Source: Convolutriloba macropyga (lineage: Eukaryota). Taken from it: a stretch of 64,000 bases of DNA. How positions within the stretch are numbered: position 1 is the first letter of the stretch; each line of letters begins with the position of its first letter. The stretch lies in the NCBI RefSeq assembly GCF_964194025.1, contig NC_134477.1, positions 7,564,001 to 7,628,000 on the forward strand. Reading direction: 5' to 3'. Shown piece by piece: positions 60,801 to 64,000 of the stretch. The translations under genes and the position numbers were made by a program. The notes beneath the pieces were generated by a model. It did no database searches. It worked only from the letters and a program-made list of their open reading frames with translations, and had not been told where the DNA came from.

Positions 60801-62240
60801 CCACTACAAACTGCTGAAACTTTATGTCCAACTCGGCTTGGTAATCAGGAAAGTTCACAGAGTGCTTCAATTTCGACAAGAAAACTGGCTGTCGCCATAC
60901 ATTACACTAAATAGTGAAAAGCGGCAAGTTGCGTCAAACAAGTTTGAAGAGAACTTTTATAAACTGATGAATAATGCAGTTTATGGTAAAAACTGCGAAT
61001 CGAAAAGACGCAGAAATAAAATAACAATCTCACGAGATGCCGAGCATGCGCTGAAGATAATATCCAGATTTGAGTTTGATCGCTATATGATCTTTGGGGA
61101 GAATTTAGCAGCCTTGACCACACGACCAAAGTCCATTTATTGGAACACTCCCACTATTGTGGGAGCGACTATATTAGATCTTGCAAAATTCCACATGTAC
61201 TCATTCCATTACAATGTCATGCGACCCAACTTTAATTGTCGCCTTCTTTACAGCGATACAGATAGTCTCCTTTATGCGATAAAAAGCGACGATTTTTATA
61301 CAGAGTTATCGCAGAAGCCTCAGTCAGTATTAAGTCATTTTGATTTCTCAAATTACCCACCCAATCACTTTCTTTACGATACCACTAACAAAAGAGTCGT
61401 CCTCAAATACAAGGACGAATTCGCCGGCGACTATATTACTGACTTTATCTGTTTGAAGCCGAAGCTGTACTCCATCCTGTCAAAAAGTAAGTTTATTCTC
61501 TCATAAAACAAAATTGTTAGTTGTTGTATAAAAATTCGTATTGGGTTAATAGGCATCTGGAAGGTGTTAAATCGTATTATATTTACATAGGGGGTTAGTA
61601 ATTATAATAGCACCTAATTTTTCTCATTTCTTTCTTTCTTTTAGGTTGTCGAAAACTTTCAGCAAAAGGGGTGACGAGGGCCGCACAACAACATCTTCGC
61701 CACGTTGACTTCCTAAACACTCTCAGCACTGGAAACCACCTGCGCTCAGAGAACACCAGGATTGTGTCCGACCACCACAGGCTGCAGACAGTTACTACAA
61801 ACAAAATTTGTCTGTCAGCTTTTAACAACAAGCGCTATATACTACCCGATGGCACAAAAACCCTCCCGTTTGGCCATTATGAAATTGTCGATTATGCTAT
61901 CGATGAAATTGATTGGAATAACGACGATGTGGAATGGGATTATGACGATTTTAGCGACTTACTTTTGAGCTCTAGCCCAGATTGGGATAACAGTTTTGTT
62001 GTACCACATTCCTCTCCGGATACCACCCAAAGCTCCAACACATGGCAATCACCAGACCCCGGTTTTGTCGCTGCTCAGAATATAAATGATTCGGATATTG
62101 AAAGTAGCGATATCGTTGATTTCGATGCCAGTTTTGAAGAAAACTCTACGCCCGATAATCCGTTCATTAATTTTGAGGCAGAAGAAGCAAGTGAAAGCGA
62201 GTCAGAGGGCCCAGTGTGCAAAACTGCAAGGCGATATTAG
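57895..62240 (+). CDS. Protein-primed family B DNA polymerase (pPolB), two exons (57895-61486, 61645-62240), ~1395 aa
   Basis: YFDFES, GHNIQNYD, FIDSF, KGYYPY, YLKLD, DANNLYG, KLMNNAVYGK, YSDTDS and LKPKLY in exon 1; SAKGV...KR...TLPFGHY in exon 2; three N-terminal C2H2 fingers; EndoVII-like CWIC...DHCH...AHEKCN insert. Confidence 0.96.
61487..61644 (+). other. Spliceosomal intron (158 bp, phase 1) in pPolB
   Basis: GTAAGT donor, CTAAT branch site at 61614-18, long pyrimidine tract, TAG acceptor; splicing restores ILSKSCRKLSAKGVTR. Confidence 0.9.
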
Positions 62241-62470
62241 TGTGCATAATTAAATTTAATTGCCCAGAGAGAGACACGCAAAACTGAACCAGTATTGATT
62301 TTGCATGCAGTGTGATATTTGGTTTTAATTTAATTTGTTTGAGTGTTTTGAAATCAAAAGCAAGCGGCGAGACAGAAGGCAAAGTTAAAGGGAAACAAAA
62401 GCGGCAAGACTCAAAAGGGAATGATTGAATAGGAGAGGGATATAAACAGCGGCATGATTGAATAGGAGAG

Positions 62471-62583
62471 GGAAAGATTTTATCCCGCCTATCCTATTCC
62501 CACTTAACCGCCACTACCTATTATCCTATGGTTAAGAGTCGAATGATAACCCCCCCTTTCTTTACGTAGGTATTATATACTAC
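62471..62583 (-). repeat. Right terminal inverted repeat (lacks the final T)
   Basis: Ends ...GGTATTATATACTAC; the perfect complement of the left end would be ...ATACTACT. Confidence 0.96.
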
Positions 62584-62621
62584 GCTAGTAAGCACCGATC
62601 TTCAAAATATCGGCTCATAAG
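62582..62621 (+). repeat. Right 40-bp flanking direct repeat
   Basis: Identical to 46660-46699; the first two bases (AC) are shared with the TIR end. Confidence 0.95.
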
Positions 62622-64000
62622 TCCCTTTGTTGGACAACTGGCAGTGATGCTTGCTAGCTTCCTTTTCCACACACCAAAAAATTCGTTGTACATCATTAAA
62701 AAACAGATTCAGACATCGCAAGAGGTCACTTTTAAATCGCGTGGTGTTGAATACGTTTAATACGGAAAATTGTGACAAAATGAGTTTTTTGATTTGCACA
62801 AAAATTTTAACCCCAATCTCGCACCTCCTCCAGACTCAATAATTCCCACTCCCTCGAACCCATTTTAACTTAATTTTAGTGCATCCTGACCTTAATAATA
62901 GCTCACAAAAAATAATTCATCTAAGAACAGCGCTAAGATTAGCTCTTAATTATATCAGAACGCCCTATGACACACTAAATTGTTTAAAATCGATGCTGAT
63001 ATAGACAGTAAATTATGTCTTTAATGTCGACTGCTAATTGGCGGGATGAAATGATAGAGGGGTGAATAAATCGGGGTTAAATGATAGGGGGTTAAATGAA
63101 TAGGGGTGAAATGAAGTAGAACCGTCAGATGAATGCTACATTAGAAGTTAAAAATACGCTGAAAGTACGCTTTAAAACAGATAAATCTTTTCAGATCAAC
63201 GCGCTAAAAAACGTTATATTATCAAAGATCAACTACAAGAACTAAGCCGTAAGAGTTTTATATGTAATATCAACGCTAAAGTAGACGTTATCTTGAGTAA
63301 GATGAATGCATTCACTGCCTGTCAAAAATAAGTTGAACGTTTTCATGACATTCTTACATATTTTGGCGTTTCTTATGTCTCTGCCCAGCTTACTTAGGCT
63401 AGGATTTAGTTTTCATAGATTTTCTATAATGCAGGGAAAATGAGATACATTTCTTCAGTAAGATCAGAGAAAAAGTGGCAGCGGACCACCAATGATTCAT
63501 TTTGATGCCTTTTTATGAAATTGCTATGAATCGTCGATTAAAATTACTTATCATCAACGCTAGATTAAACGTTAAAATGCGTTATATCTACACAGACAAA
63601 CCAATAAATTTTGTAAGACCAACGCTAAAAGACGCTAAATTATCTCAGATCATCGTTGCAAATTCAGCTGTAATAATATCTATTAACAAAGTTTGTCAAT
63701 TTGTCAATTTGTTGACACAAACGCTCAATTATGTAATACGAACGCGTTCAACGCTAATCTAACAAATGCTAACTACTGATCTTTTAACAAGGCTCAAAAA
63801 ATTTAGAGAGTTCATATCCAGACTTTTGTGCGTTTTGATGTTTTCGGAGTAGTTTTGAACGCACGAAACCCCCTCGTGCGTTCTTCTTCGGTCTGTGCAT
63901 ACTTGAGTCCGTCTGGGTTAAACTCTTTCAGTACATTTTTTCATATTTTTGCGTTTCTTAGCGCTCACGTCGCAGTTCGGCTAATTTAAGCTAAGGTTTA

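Larger units (their letters stand above)
46700..62583 (+). mobile_element. Polinton/Maverick (adintovirus-like) endogenous virus, 15.9 kb, structurally complete
   Basis: TIRs starting AGTAGT; encodes packaging ATPase, rve integrase, minor and major capsid proteins, adenain protease and pPolB. Confidence 0.97.

Noticed and set aside
61671-62240. Separate 189-aa gene downstream of pPolB
   Set aside because: It starts at GTG inside the KGV motif; it is exon 2 of pPolB.
63045-63125. GGGGT(G/T)AAATGA short repeats as a MITE end or telomere-like tract
   Set aside because: Only about four degenerate units and no partner terminus identified.

Overview
AT-rich animal genomic DNA with spliceosomal introns; the species cannot be assigned from the sequence. 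The host part (1-46.6 kb) holds the 5' ten coding exons of a par-3/bazooka gene (minus strand, running off the window start), a four-exon gene for a small SRCR-like type I membrane protein, a TAF13 gene with an uninterrupted CDS and a long N-terminal extension, and a decayed CR1/L2-type LINE. It also holds many non-autonomous Helentron-type (HINE) elements from four families, five of which are nested inside one another in a par-3 intron. From 46700 to 62583 lies a complete, slightly decayed Polinton/Maverick (adintovirus-like) endogenous virus. It has ~113-bp TIRs, packaging ATPase, integrase, minor and major capsid proteins, a core-like protein, adenain protease and a zinc-finger pPolB. Unusual points: a 40-bp flanking direct repeat instead of a 6-bp TSD, an integrase broken by a 76-bp duplication, a spliceosomal intron in pPolB, and two inverted E2F sites upstream of pPolB. 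It also carries an accessory module made of an HUH-like ORF, a PC4-like ORF, a 17-bp hairpin and a palindromic ~95-bp repeat array. All homology calls are from motif recognition by eye, without database searches.
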